64,000 nucleotides of DNA from a virus. Lineage: Duplodnaviria > Caudoviricetes. The notes beneath the pieces were generated by a model, which did not search any database, was not told where the DNA came from, and worked only from the letters and a program-made list of their open reading frames with translations. Shown here one piece after another: positions 56,084-64,000 of the stretch (its first letter is position 1; the number at the start of each line of letters is the position of its first letter). The DNA lies in the IMG/VR virus record IMGVR_UViG_3300021387_001066, positions 12,373 through 76,372 of that record; one strand, written 5' to 3'. Both the position numbers and the translations under genes were made by a program.

Positions 56084-57115
56084 TTAATTGTTCTTCAACT
56101 TAGCCTCAAGAGAATATTTAAGCTCCTGACGCTTGACACTGCTGATATACTTGGCAGCATTGTTAAGGGTACTGTCTTCACCAATCTCACAGAGTGGAGC
56201 ATTGTCACTTCTGAGGTAGTAAGCATCATTCTTCTTACCAATAAGACCAGCTTCCACACACCTTTTGATAAGAACCTTTGTAGGCAAAAGCTCATCCTTG
56301 ACTGTGGTGAGGAATCTTCTTGGATCCTTCTGAATATAATCATTCACCTTGCCCTGCAGGAAGTCAAGCTTAGTCCTTGGAGCAAGTGGCCTTCCCTCAA
56401 GAAGCTCAATGACTACCCTTAATGTATCCACATCATCCTCAATCTTACCATACTCCATGTAGCACTTCTTGGTAGCATCCATCTTGCTGAGATTTGACTG
56501 AGCCTGTGCATTCTCTGAGATAATGACAAACTGATAGGTTGCCTTTGGTCTATCTTCAAGAGCCTGCAGGGATGGTGCTATCTCATTGCTATTGGCAAGC
56601 AGTATCTTATATTTAATGTAATCTTCTGGAATGCTCAAGTCAAGATAGTTATCCTGCTTATGAAGGATAACTCTACCTATACCATTAGGATTACTGTCAT
56701 CCCAGAAGTTATCATGTTTTCTATAGATGTTCAAGGCATTGTATTCAAGGCCCATAGCCTTTTCAAGAAATGCCTTCTCATTATTGGTAAGGACGTTCTT
56801 ATAAAGACCTGTTGATGCAATCCTTGGCACTACAAAGCTTCTTGTGGCATTCTCTGCCATTCTACCATACAGCAAATGCTTTGTATTCTGTACCATAGAT
56901 GAAGGTCTTGGAACAAACCTTACAATTACTCTTTCATTCCTAAGACAGCTGATAGGTTCACCATAGTCTTTCTTAGACTCACTCTTAGGCTCCTTTTCAT
57001 CTGTCTCCTTTACATTCTTCTCAATTACCTGCATTGGCATCTCTTCTATAGTATCGTCAATGATTATACCCTGCAGATTCTGTTCTTCTTCTTCTACTCT
57101 TTTACCTCTAGCCAT
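56084..57115 (-). CDS. conserved crAss-like protein encoded next to the MCP ('gene 75'-like)
   Basis: 343 aa; LDLSIPEDYIKYKILLAN; position immediately after the MCP. Confidence 0.7.
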   Translation of the reverse strand: MARGKRVEEEEQNLQGIIIDDTIEEMPMQVIEKNVKETDEKEPKSESKKDYGEPISCLRNERVIVRFVPRPSSMVQNTKHLLYGRMAENATRSFVVPRIASTGLYKNVLTNNEKAFLEKAMGLEYNALNIYRKHDNFWDDSNPNGIGRVILHKQDNYLDLSIPEDYIKYKILLANSNEIAPSLQALEDRPKATYQFVIISENAQAQSNLSKMDATKKCYMEYGKIEDDVDTLRVVIELLEGRPLAPRTKLDFLQGKVNDYIQKDPRRFLTTVKDELLPTKVLIKRCVEAGLIGKKNDAYYLRSDNAPLCEIGEDSTLNNAAKYISSVKRQELKYSLEAKLKNN

Positions 57116-57134
57116 TTTATCTTCTCCTATAATT

Positions 57135-57177
57135 AAAAAAGGCTAAGGGAGAAGCTCTTCTACTCCTCCCTTTGCCT
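57135..57177 (-). terminator. Rho-independent terminator after the MCP gene
   Basis: Minus strand reads AGGCAAAGGGAG...CTCCCTTAGCCTTTTTT. Confidence 0.8.
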
Positions 57178-57185
57178 GTTATTGT

Positions 57186-58703
57186 TTAGCCTGCAATCAA
57201 GGCAGGAATCAAGCTCATTGTCCTTGTTGGATCAAGAACACAGATACCAGTAGTGGTCATCTTGTGGATGGTTGCACTATCCTCATCATGTGATGCATAA
57301 GGATTACCCATCTGACCAGTGTAAGGATTCCTCAAGCCCCACTCATAAGAAGTGAAGTCACCATTCTGACCCTTAACAGCACACTTGAAGATGTTAGGCT
57401 GATCCATAGTACCAATATCAAAGATGTCATACCTATAAGAATAAGCTGGACCACCCATTGGATGCATCAGCTTATTGCGAACAGGATCATCATAGAATGG
57501 GTCTACCTCAACCTTAACCTTCACACCATTAGGAGCCAAGAACTCTACAAACTGGAAGCCTGCAGAGAGTGCATTCTCATGGAGTGGAGAGTTAGTCTTC
57601 TTAACCATGCCAACCTGATCACCATTAATCTGGAATGCTGACCAGCCGCTTACAGTGTCAAGAACTGCCTTGTGGAACTGGATAGCACCACGCTCACCAG
57701 TCCTGATGATGAAGGTACGCTCATTCATGCCCAGCTTAGCAGCTGACAACTCATACAGAGCATCCTCAATCAACTTCAGAGAGAAGGTGTTGTAAGTCAT
57801 GGTGTTGCTTACTTCCATCTGCTCAAACAGACCAGCACCAGCCCTGATAACCTCACCACTCTTATCAAAGTTCAGGTATTCACCATTCCTGTTGCGAGTG
57901 CTTCTACCATAAGCCAGTACATTGTTCTTGTAGTCATTCCACTGCTGCTCCAACTCCCACTGTACCTCATGCATCCACATGTTTACAGTATCCTTCACAT
58001 AGCGACCCTGAGTCTCCCTTGCTACAGGAATACCAAAGGCAACCTTGCGGTTAAGCATAGCACCAGAAACCTTGTGCTGAATCCTGATAGTAGTGAATTC
58101 ATTACGCATGCTTACTGGAGAAGCAAACCTGATGTCACCAACCTTACGAGACAGTTCCCTTGCTACAGGAGCATACTCTACAGAGAACCTCTTACCAGGC
58201 AACAGCTCCTCAACAGGCATACCAGTAACAACACCACCATACATCTCAACACGGTAAACAGTGTTAGTACCTTCATTCCTGCCATCACCAATGATTCTTA
58301 CAGGATAGATTTCATTGAGTTCTCCAACGATAACCTCACCATCTGCCCACCAATTCTCAGGGAATACCAAGTAGAAGTACTCACCATTGACACCTAAGTT
58401 GTTAGCATAATCTGCATCAACTACATTGCCATCTGCATCCCTTGCCTCTACCAGAGGAATATTCCTCTTTGAACTGCCGATGATATCCCATGTGTATTCA
58501 TCATCTGAGTCAAACTCCTTTGTAGGGAACTTTGATAAGAAGGTATCAAGAGTCTTACCCCTGTACCATGCAAGCAGCTGAACCATCATGTTGGTAGCCT
58601 TCTGAGGTTGCATCTGGAAGATTGCTCCCAGATGGTTCAACTTTGAAGTACCCATCCAATGGTTGAAGGTCTGCATCTGAAATTTACCTAATTTTCCAGC
58701 CAT
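57186..58703 (-). CDS. major capsid protein (crAss-like)
   Basis: 505 aa; DDEYTWDIIG, MRNEFTTIR, AGAGLFEQM, TGERGAIQFHKAV and DPTRTMSLIP, as in crAss MCPs. Confidence 0.92.
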   Translation of the reverse strand: MAGKLGKFQMQTFNHWMGTSKLNHLGAIFQMQPQKATNMMVQLLAWYRGKTLDTFLSKFPTKEFDSDDEYTWDIIGSSKRNIPLVEARDADGNVVDADYANNLGVNGEYFYLVFPENWWADGEVIVGELNEIYPVRIIGDGRNEGTNTVYRVEMYGGVVTGMPVEELLPGKRFSVEYAPVARELSRKVGDIRFASPVSMRNEFTTIRIQHKVSGAMLNRKVAFGIPVARETQGRYVKDTVNMWMHEVQWELEQQWNDYKNNVLAYGRSTRNRNGEYLNFDKSGEVIRAGAGLFEQMEVSNTMTYNTFSLKLIEDALYELSAAKLGMNERTFIIRTGERGAIQFHKAVLDTVSGWSAFQINGDQVGMVKKTNSPLHENALSAGFQFVEFLAPNGVKVKVEVDPFYDDPVRNKLMHPMGGPAYSYRYDIFDIGTMDQPNIFKCAVKGQNGDFTSYEWGLRNPYTGQMGNPYASHDEDSATIHKMTTTGICVLDPTRTMSLIPALIAG

Positions 58704-58749
58704 TCAACTAAAAATTTAAACATTAAAAAATACTCTATTGTTGGATGTC

Positions 58750-59916
58750 TTAGAAGTCAAGTTTTAAACCCTTGCCTATAAATGATTCAGGATCATCTCT
58801 TACACCAGTAACCATGTTGAGATTTCCACTGGAAGTCTTTGAATTACTGAGGGTCTGCTCTAACTCCCTAAGACCTTTCTTTATTTCCTTCTTAACCTTA
58901 CCTTTGGTAAATGACTCAAAGTCCTTGAAACCATTGGTAAGTGTGAATAAGAGACCTGTGTATTTGAGGAAATCACTCCTGTGTTCCATCTCATACTTTT
59001 GAAGTGCAGTAAGGTATTCTCCAGTTTCTGGGTCCTTGTAGACTGGCTTGGCAATATTCTCATAAGCTTTCTTACGAACATCATTGCTTAAGTCCATGTC
59101 TCCAAAGAGCTGCTTATCCTTCAGAAGTGAATCTTTAAGCTTGTCAGCCTGCTTCTTTCTTTCTGCCTTCTCTTCATCAGCTTTCTCCTGAGCTTCCTGA
59201 AGCAGTCTGTTGTACTCATTCTGAAAGAATTCCCTATTGCTCTGCAATGCTTCCTTTGCATCTTCTACATCAGTGCCAGCATCAATAGTCCTTTGAGTGA
59301 ACTTCTGTGCTTTCTCCTGTGAGTAGCCCTTATTGAGGAAATCTTGGAAGATTATGTTCCTTCTAAGGTTCTCACCTTTCTCACTCTCCTCTGCCATCAT
59401 TGCATCTGTAATAGATGAGATGTAGTTGAGAGTGTTCTCATACTTCCTGATGTCAGAAGGCTCTACACCATTGTCAAGAGCTTTGAGAATCCTGCTCTGC
59501 TTGTCGTCAAATCTGGCATTTACCTCAGCTTCAATCAGGTCACTGAATGCTTCTGCAGTATCTGCCTTCTTAACAGTCTCTTCATCAAGGTTTGGGAAGA
59601 TACCATCCACTGCCAAGGCATTGGCAATGGAAGAGTAGAAGTTTTGTTTTGGAGAAGTGCCATTATCCTCTTCAGGGATAGCATCTTCCTCTGCCTTATC
59701 TTCTTTATTCTTTCCATTACCTACGCTCTCTGGCTGTGCATCTTCAAACAAAGTCTCTGGGTCCACAGCCTCAGTAATGTTGTTATCATCTATTTCCTCT
59801 GAAGGCTTCTCCTCATGAGTAGCCTCTTTTTCTCCACTAACATCTTCTGGGTCCATAAACAAGGTTTCAATCTCCTGTTCCCCAAGGATGTTGTCAAAAT
59901 TCATTTCATCTCCCAT
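58750..59916 (-). CDS. probable capsid scaffolding protein
   Basis: Acidic N-terminus and coiled coils; directly upstream of the MCP. Confidence 0.65.
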   Translation of the reverse strand: MGDEMNFDNILGEQEIETLFMDPEDVSGEKEATHEEKPSEEIDDNNITEAVDPETLFEDAQPESVGNGKNKEDKAEEDAIPEEDNGTSPKQNFYSSIANALAVDGIFPNLDEETVKKADTAEAFSDLIEAEVNARFDDKQSRILKALDNGVEPSDIRKYENTLNYISSITDAMMAEESEKGENLRRNIIFQDFLNKGYSQEKAQKFTQRTIDAGTDVEDAKEALQSNREFFQNEYNRLLQEAQEKADEEKAERKKQADKLKDSLLKDKQLFGDMDLSNDVRKKAYENIAKPVYKDPETGEYLTALQKYEMEHRSDFLKYTGLLFTLTNGFKDFESFTKGKVKKEIKKGLRELEQTLSNSKTSSGNLNMVTGVRDDPESFIGKGLKLDF

Positions 59917-59950
59917 ATTAACTTCTCTTTAAATTTCCATTCTTCTGCCA

Positions 59951-59958
59951 CAAAAGTA
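59951..59958 (-). promoter_or_regulatory. Bacteroidota -7 promoter element (TACTTTTG) for the scaffold-MCP operon
   Basis: CAAAAGTA on the + strand in the terL-scaffold intergenic region. Confidence 0.7.
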
Positions 59959-60007
59959 TGCTATTACAGCGTTTTCAGCAGATTGTTAAAATAGTCATTA
60001 AAAAGAG

Positions 60008-62308
60008 TTAATAGATTAACTTAGAAAAATCAGTTATATAGAGTGATGAGTCCGCATAATTTACTGCCCTTTCTCTACCATTCTTGCCAGGATAGTTCTT
60101 TTCCCAGTAAGCATCAGTATTTATTCCTGTAGGCTTCTGCTCCTGCCTTCTCATATCCCCCTGATAGAGAATCATCTTCTCTTCCCTATAGAGCATTAAC
60201 TGTGCAAGGGCCATAACTCTATCGACATTTATCTGAGGATTCCAAAGTATAAGCTCCTTTAGAAGTGCCCTATTCCTAATATTGTATAGGTTAGGTACAG
60301 TCACTTCAATATCATTACCCTCACTATCTTTTTCAATTCTTGTGGTTGGGGAAAGCAGCCAATCCCTTATAAGCCTGAATCCATATTTAATGATAGGCAC
60401 AGTAGCATGGATGCCCACAGCCTTATTACCATAGCCTATGGATGTAATAAGTTGTTTTTCCTTAAGATATTCTGGTGTAGGAGCTAATAAATGAGTGCAG
60501 TTACATTTACTGAAGTATCCAAAGATGCCTTTAAGATTCTGCTCAAACATTGCTCTTGCATTGTAGAAGATGCATAGCTTCTTGCATATCTCATAGAAGT
60601 CATCTGCAAACATAGGTCTACCAGTATACTCTGCAACTATTTTATCTGTCCAAGTATCAAGCATGAAAATAGAGCCAAGTGACATTGTTTCTGCTTCGTC
60701 ACTATCATAAGGGTCGATGCCAGAAATGTATCTTTCAGCAGGTATCTTTCCATCAGAATTCTTCTGAGGCATCTCAAATATCTCCAAAGCCCCTTTTACC
60801 TTATTGTTCTTAGTAGGGAAATCCCTAATAGGAGTATCAACAGTAGGAGTGAACTCTACACCTCCATCCTTTGTAACCAATTCACCTACATACACATCAT
60901 CATACTCTGTAGGATTGTTGTCTAGCTGATTAAGCCTTTCATTAAGCTCAGTTACAGGGAACATGTTGCCTTGGCTTCTTATAATTGCCTCTTGAGGAGT
61001 AATAGGATACTGGGAGATTCTTCGTGTAATAGTATTAATATCACTTGAGCCATACTTTACCTTGTATCTGTCATAGCATATTTTCAGAAGAGCCTTAGTG
61101 ACATCAGAATTGCCATTCTCATCCATGCATGAGTCATCATAGTTAAGATACGCTGGATAGAACATACAGCACTTCTGCCTGCCTTGACCTTCTTTATCAA
61201 ACACATTATCCAAAGGGTTAAGGTTATATCCATCTGGAGAATAGAACATCTCTGCAAAGGCTGTAAAATCTGATTGGTCATTACCTGCAGTTCCATAAGC
61301 TGCTATCTGCCCAAATACAGAAGAGCCATGTTCAACAGAAGGTCTAATCATGTTATACATTTCTCTTAAGTCCTTGAAGATACCAGCCTCTTCAACTAAG
61401 TAGAGCACACCACGGGAACCATTAAGCTTATCTTGATTTACACCAGAAATAATGCCTGATACAGAATTCTTGCTTCCAAAGATGACATCAGAGCCAGTCT
61501 TCTTATAACCCATTTCCCACATGAGTTCTTGTATACTGCTCTTGCTTCTCCTTGAGTCAAACTGAGTATTCTTTGCGCAGAAGTCTATGTAGTCAATAAA
61601 TACATCAAGTATCTGGTTAGTACCTATAAGCTTAGTTCTATCAGCTGCAGTAACCATACATTGTACTTCCTGCTTATTCTCTGAAGTTTCTCCAATGATG
61701 AATCTCTTAGCAAGCATACCAGCACCTAATGAGGTTTTACCACGACCTCTGGAAGCAAGATATGCTGAGTGGTGCTTGTTCATTCTGCTTTGGAGTAGGT
61801 AATGTGTAACAAAGAATTGTCCATCCCAGAATCTTGGATGCCTAGTAGTACGCATGTCCAAGCCATCAGACCTTCTGACAACCAAGTGCATTGGGCAATA
61901 GTTAAGCATCCAATAGTAGTCACCAGTCACCCACATGCCTGTAGAGGGATCTATAAGTCCTTCCCAACCTCTTCTCTTCTCTTCAGTAAGCCATCTTCCA
62001 AAGTCACTTTGAGGATTTACATTAGGTCTTAGAGGTGTATACTTGCCTGTCTCTTCCCAAGCTTTGGCTGTTTGTCTGAAGAACTCTGTGTTCTCAAGGA
62101 TTGGAGGTTTGGTAATATCAATGATAGCCCTTCCCATGTCATCCCTTGGAAGGTCTGATACCATAGGCCTGTTAGCACTTACCATCCATCTTATGAATGG
62201 TACATTGTTTATGAAATCCCAGAAATTCTCCTGTACCTCCTTTGGGTAGGATTCAAGGTCTAGCTCCTTCAAAGAAGTCTGACATTTATTAAATTGTATG
62301 TTCTCCAT
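60008..62308 (-). CDS. terL: terminase large subunit
   Basis: Walker A ASRGRGKTS, Walker B YLVEEAG, GTAG coupling motif, nuclease SGIDPYD, DRVMAL. ATG at 62308 preferred over TTG at 62332. Confidence 0.92.
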   Translation of the reverse strand: MENIQFNKCQTSLKELDLESYPKEVQENFWDFINNVPFIRWMVSANRPMVSDLPRDDMGRAIIDITKPPILENTEFFRQTAKAWEETGKYTPLRPNVNPQSDFGRWLTEEKRRGWEGLIDPSTGMWVTGDYYWMLNYCPMHLVVRRSDGLDMRTTRHPRFWDGQFFVTHYLLQSRMNKHHSAYLASRGRGKTSLGAGMLAKRFIIGETSENKQEVQCMVTAADRTKLIGTNQILDVFIDYIDFCAKNTQFDSRRSKSSIQELMWEMGYKKTGSDVIFGSKNSVSGIISGVNQDKLNGSRGVLYLVEEAGIFKDLREMYNMIRPSVEHGSSVFGQIAAYGTAGNDQSDFTAFAEMFYSPDGYNLNPLDNVFDKEGQGRQKCCMFYPAYLNYDDSCMDENGNSDVTKALLKICYDRYKVKYGSSDINTITRRISQYPITPQEAIIRSQGNMFPVTELNERLNQLDNNPTEYDDVYVGELVTKDGGVEFTPTVDTPIRDFPTKNNKVKGALEIFEMPQKNSDGKIPAERYISGIDPYDSDEAETMSLGSIFMLDTWTDKIVAEYTGRPMFADDFYEICKKLCIFYNARAMFEQNLKGIFGYFSKCNCTHLLAPTPEYLKEKQLITSIGYGNKAVGIHATVPIIKYGFRLIRDWLLSPTTRIEKDSEGNDIEVTVPNLYNIRNRALLKELILWNPQINVDRVMALAQLMLYREEKMILYQGDMRRQEQKPTGINTDAYWEKNYPGKNGRERAVNYADSSLYITDFSKLIY

Positions 62309-62329
62309 ATAAAATCTACTTTCCAAAGA

Positions 62330-62337
62330 CAAAAGTA
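62330..62337 (-). promoter_or_regulatory. Bacteroidota -7 promoter element (TACTTTTG) upstream of terL
   Basis: CAAAAGTA on the + strand, 22 nt upstream of the ATG. Confidence 0.7.
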
Positions 62338-62376
62338 GAGTAGGGGAACATGCCAGCCAATGACCTAAAAAGTGTG

Positions 62377-62766
62377 TTAAGATAAGCTTAATAACTTACG
62401 AAAGCCCTCATACATTTTCATGGCTATATACCCAACCGTATATGCTGGTGGTTCTCCAAAGTCTTCAACATTATATACCCGAAGCATAGCCTGCTTTATA
62501 TGTTCAGCTTCATGGACAAGAGAGTTAATATAATCCACTATATACTTATGAGAATTAAAGAGCACTATGCTCACATGTTTTCTATGGTTACTGAATGTCA
62601 GTGCTTTTGCACTATCTTTCATAGAGTTATATACCCCATCTATCATCTTAAGGCTAGCTCCAGCAGCTTCTAGGTCAGACTCAACAATACTGAAGAGGTC
62701 ATAGTCTAAATCATAATAAACTATGACCTTCCAGTATTCTTCAATATCGAACTGCTGTTTAATCAT
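62377..62766 (-). CDS. small HExxH (zincin-like) protein
   Basis: NSLVHEAEHIKQ followed by a downstream EPPAY. Confidence 0.65.
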   Translation of the reverse strand: MIKQQFDIEEYWKVIVYYDLDYDLFSIVESDLEAAGASLKMIDGVYNSMKDSAKALTFSNHRKHVSIVLFNSHKYIVDYINSLVHEAEHIKQAMLRVYNVEDFGEPPAYTVGYIAMKMYEGFRKLLSLS

Positions 62767-63179
62767 AACATTTCATCCCAATCTATAGGGTTGTCCATAA
62801 ACATACAGTCAGCATAGAACCTATTGAAGACATATCCATCTTCTGCATCAGGATCTTCAATAACATCCCTTACATACTTAGCCAGATGTTCCTCAGTAGG
62901 CACTGACTTCCCCAAGAAATCTGCCTTGCACATATTAGCTACATAGGTAGCATCATACATCTTGCCTCTCTTAAGCTTAATATCATAGGAATTCAGTATA
63001 CCTTCCACAGTATCTTTGCTATATGGGGTAATATACTGCTTCCTACCATTAACCTCTGTGTACATCCTTGATACTGCTTCATCACATAGTTTCTTATTGA
63101 AATGACAACCATAGTTATTTATATAAGCCTTCATCCCTTCAGGGATTTCATCATAGCTTCCAGTAGTCTTGTGATACAT
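62763..63179 (-). CDS. hypothetical protein
   Basis: 138-aa ORF (YGCHFNKKLC; YVANMCKADF). Confidence 0.75.
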   Translation of the reverse strand: MYHKTTGSYDEIPEGMKAYINNYGCHFNKKLCDEAVSRMYTEVNGRKQYITPYSKDTVEGILNSYDIKLKRGKMYDATYVANMCKADFLGKSVPTEEHLAKYVRDVIEDPDAEDGYVFNRFYADCMFMDNPIDWDEML

Positions 63180-63201
63180 AATAAATAAGGTATTAAAGAT
63201 A

Positions 63202-63226
63202 GGGGAATACCAGTAAGATATTCCCC
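63202..63226 (-). terminator. GC-stem hairpin, possible terminator
   Basis: GGGGAATA / TATTCCCC stem; short U-tract on the minus strand. Confidence 0.5.
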
Positions 63227-63237
63227 CATCAAGTTTA

Positions 63238-63459
63238 TCATCTCATTCTCTCCTTAAGGCTAGAGTAGCGGTTCTTCATAGAGGTGCTTCCACTTCTTTT
63301 CTTTATGGAAGAATCTTCCCACTCCTCATCATCCTCATCATAGTCCTCACTTTCCTCAAAGCACTCCTTGAGGTCATAGAGGAAATCCATCATCTTATCT
63401 ATCTTCTTGGTTACTTTCTCCTTCTTCTCTGGAGACATCCTAAGTCTTACTATCATCAT
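63238..63459 (-). CDS. small charged hypothetical protein
   Basis: Likely start MMIVRL at 63459, after the upstream gene's stop. Confidence 0.6.
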   Translation of the reverse strand: MMIVRLRMSPEKKEKVTKKIDKMMDFLYDLKECFEESEDYDEDDEEWEDSSIKKRSGSTSMKNRYSSLKERMR

Positions 63460-63469
63460 AGCTCTGAAT

Positions 63470-63955
63470 TTATTTGCTGTTTCCTCCTTTAAGCAAGGCA
63501 AGAGCCTCTGCAAGCTGATTCTGAAGGCTTCCTACCTGTTGCCTTAGCTCTTTTACTGCATTCTCATTGACAAGCTCTGGATTAAGATCTTCAAGCACCT
63601 TATCATACTGTGGTATGAGTTCCTGATGTCTAGAGCAGCTCTCAATGATATTCCTGCTTGTCTGCCTAAGAGACCTCACATAGTTTACCAGTGAGTCCTT
63701 GCTGTCAGAGAGAACTACTGTATTAGGGCCAAAATCTGCTATGGCATTGTTGCTGGGAACCTGTTTGAATTCCCTTCTCTCACCATCCATATTCACTGTA
63801 ATATCCACTACCATCTCTGGCATCTGGCCAAAGGTATTCTGCATATTTCTTGGGTATGGAAGGCTTACCTTGTCTATGGTAGCAGTGAACAGCTTTACAC
63901 CTTCCTTATTGTCAAGTCCATAGAGGACACTTCCCTTGCTTAAATTTGAAAACAT
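63470..63955 (-). CDS. hypothetical protein with C-terminal coiled coil
   Basis: 161-aa ORF (MFSNLSKGSVLY...). Confidence 0.75.
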   Translation of the reverse strand: MFSNLSKGSVLYGLDNKEGVKLFTATIDKVSLPYPRNMQNTFGQMPEMVVDITVNMDGERREFKQVPSNNAIADFGPNTVVLSDSKDSLVNYVRSLRQTSRNIIESCSRHQELIPQYDKVLEDLNPELVNENAVKELRQQVGSLQNQLAEALALLKGGNSK

Positions 63956-64000
63956 GATTAATACTGATTTTTACTATTATTAAATTGTACCTATCAACTG

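Noticed and set aside
9998-62308. Inteins, self-splicing introns or homing endonucleases in polA, RNAP, MCP or terL (common in some crAss-like phages)
   Set aside because: These genes are uninterrupted, and no LAGLIDADG, HNH, GIY-YIG or C...HN intein motifs were seen.
62309-62332. Longer N-terminal starts from the ORF track (terL TTG 62332, cargo GTG 46075, and 9281, 11967, 12313, 12740, 17564, 63513)
   Set aside because: They overlap promoter elements or upstream genes; downstream ATGs with A-rich leaders fit better.
1-64000. Stop-codon reassignment (TAG to Gln or TGA to Trp), known in some crAss-like phages
   Set aside because: All conserved genes, including ORFs of 5-8 kb on both strands, are intact in code 11; TAG ends the muzzle and auxiliary capsid genes just before terminators; no suppressor tRNA was seen.
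1-64000. CRISPR array, diversity-generating retroelement, integrase or transposase
   Set aside because: No regularly spaced direct repeats, reverse transcriptase or recombinase motifs were found by eye.

Overview
A 64-kb segment of a crAss-like bacteriophage genome (Crassvirales). Gene order and the PolA-type replisome resemble the crAss001/Steigviridae ('beta') type, and TAnnTTTG promoters point to a Bacteroidota host. The standard genetic code is used. + strand: replication and nucleotide-metabolism module (primase, rIIA/rIIB-like pair, uracil-DNA glycosylase, two PD-(D/E)xK nucleases, dUTPase, retropepsin-like protease, family A DNA polymerase, DUF4494, DUF3310); a ~660-bp hairpin-rich non-coding region with its own host-type promoter; small accessory genes (including RNase HI and DUF932); then the giant virion RNA polymerase (DFDIDK) and a 1638-aa cargo protein. 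- strand: terminase, scaffold, major capsid protein, ring/tail and auxiliary capsid proteins, IHF-like protein, muzzle, and three cargo proteins (about 1211, 502 and 2729 aa). Most interesting observations: (i) a probable large structured ncRNA with a possibly knotted 5' domain; (ii) an ADP-ribosyltransferase-like domain and a RecB-like nuclease domain in the 2729-aa cargo protein, with a degenerate macro-like domain in the virion RNAP; (iii) cysteines at the facing termini of the three giant cargo proteins, suggesting a head-to-tail chain; (iv) a recurring xxGG motif dividing one cargo protein into modules. All family assignments come from motif recognition by eye; no database search was run.
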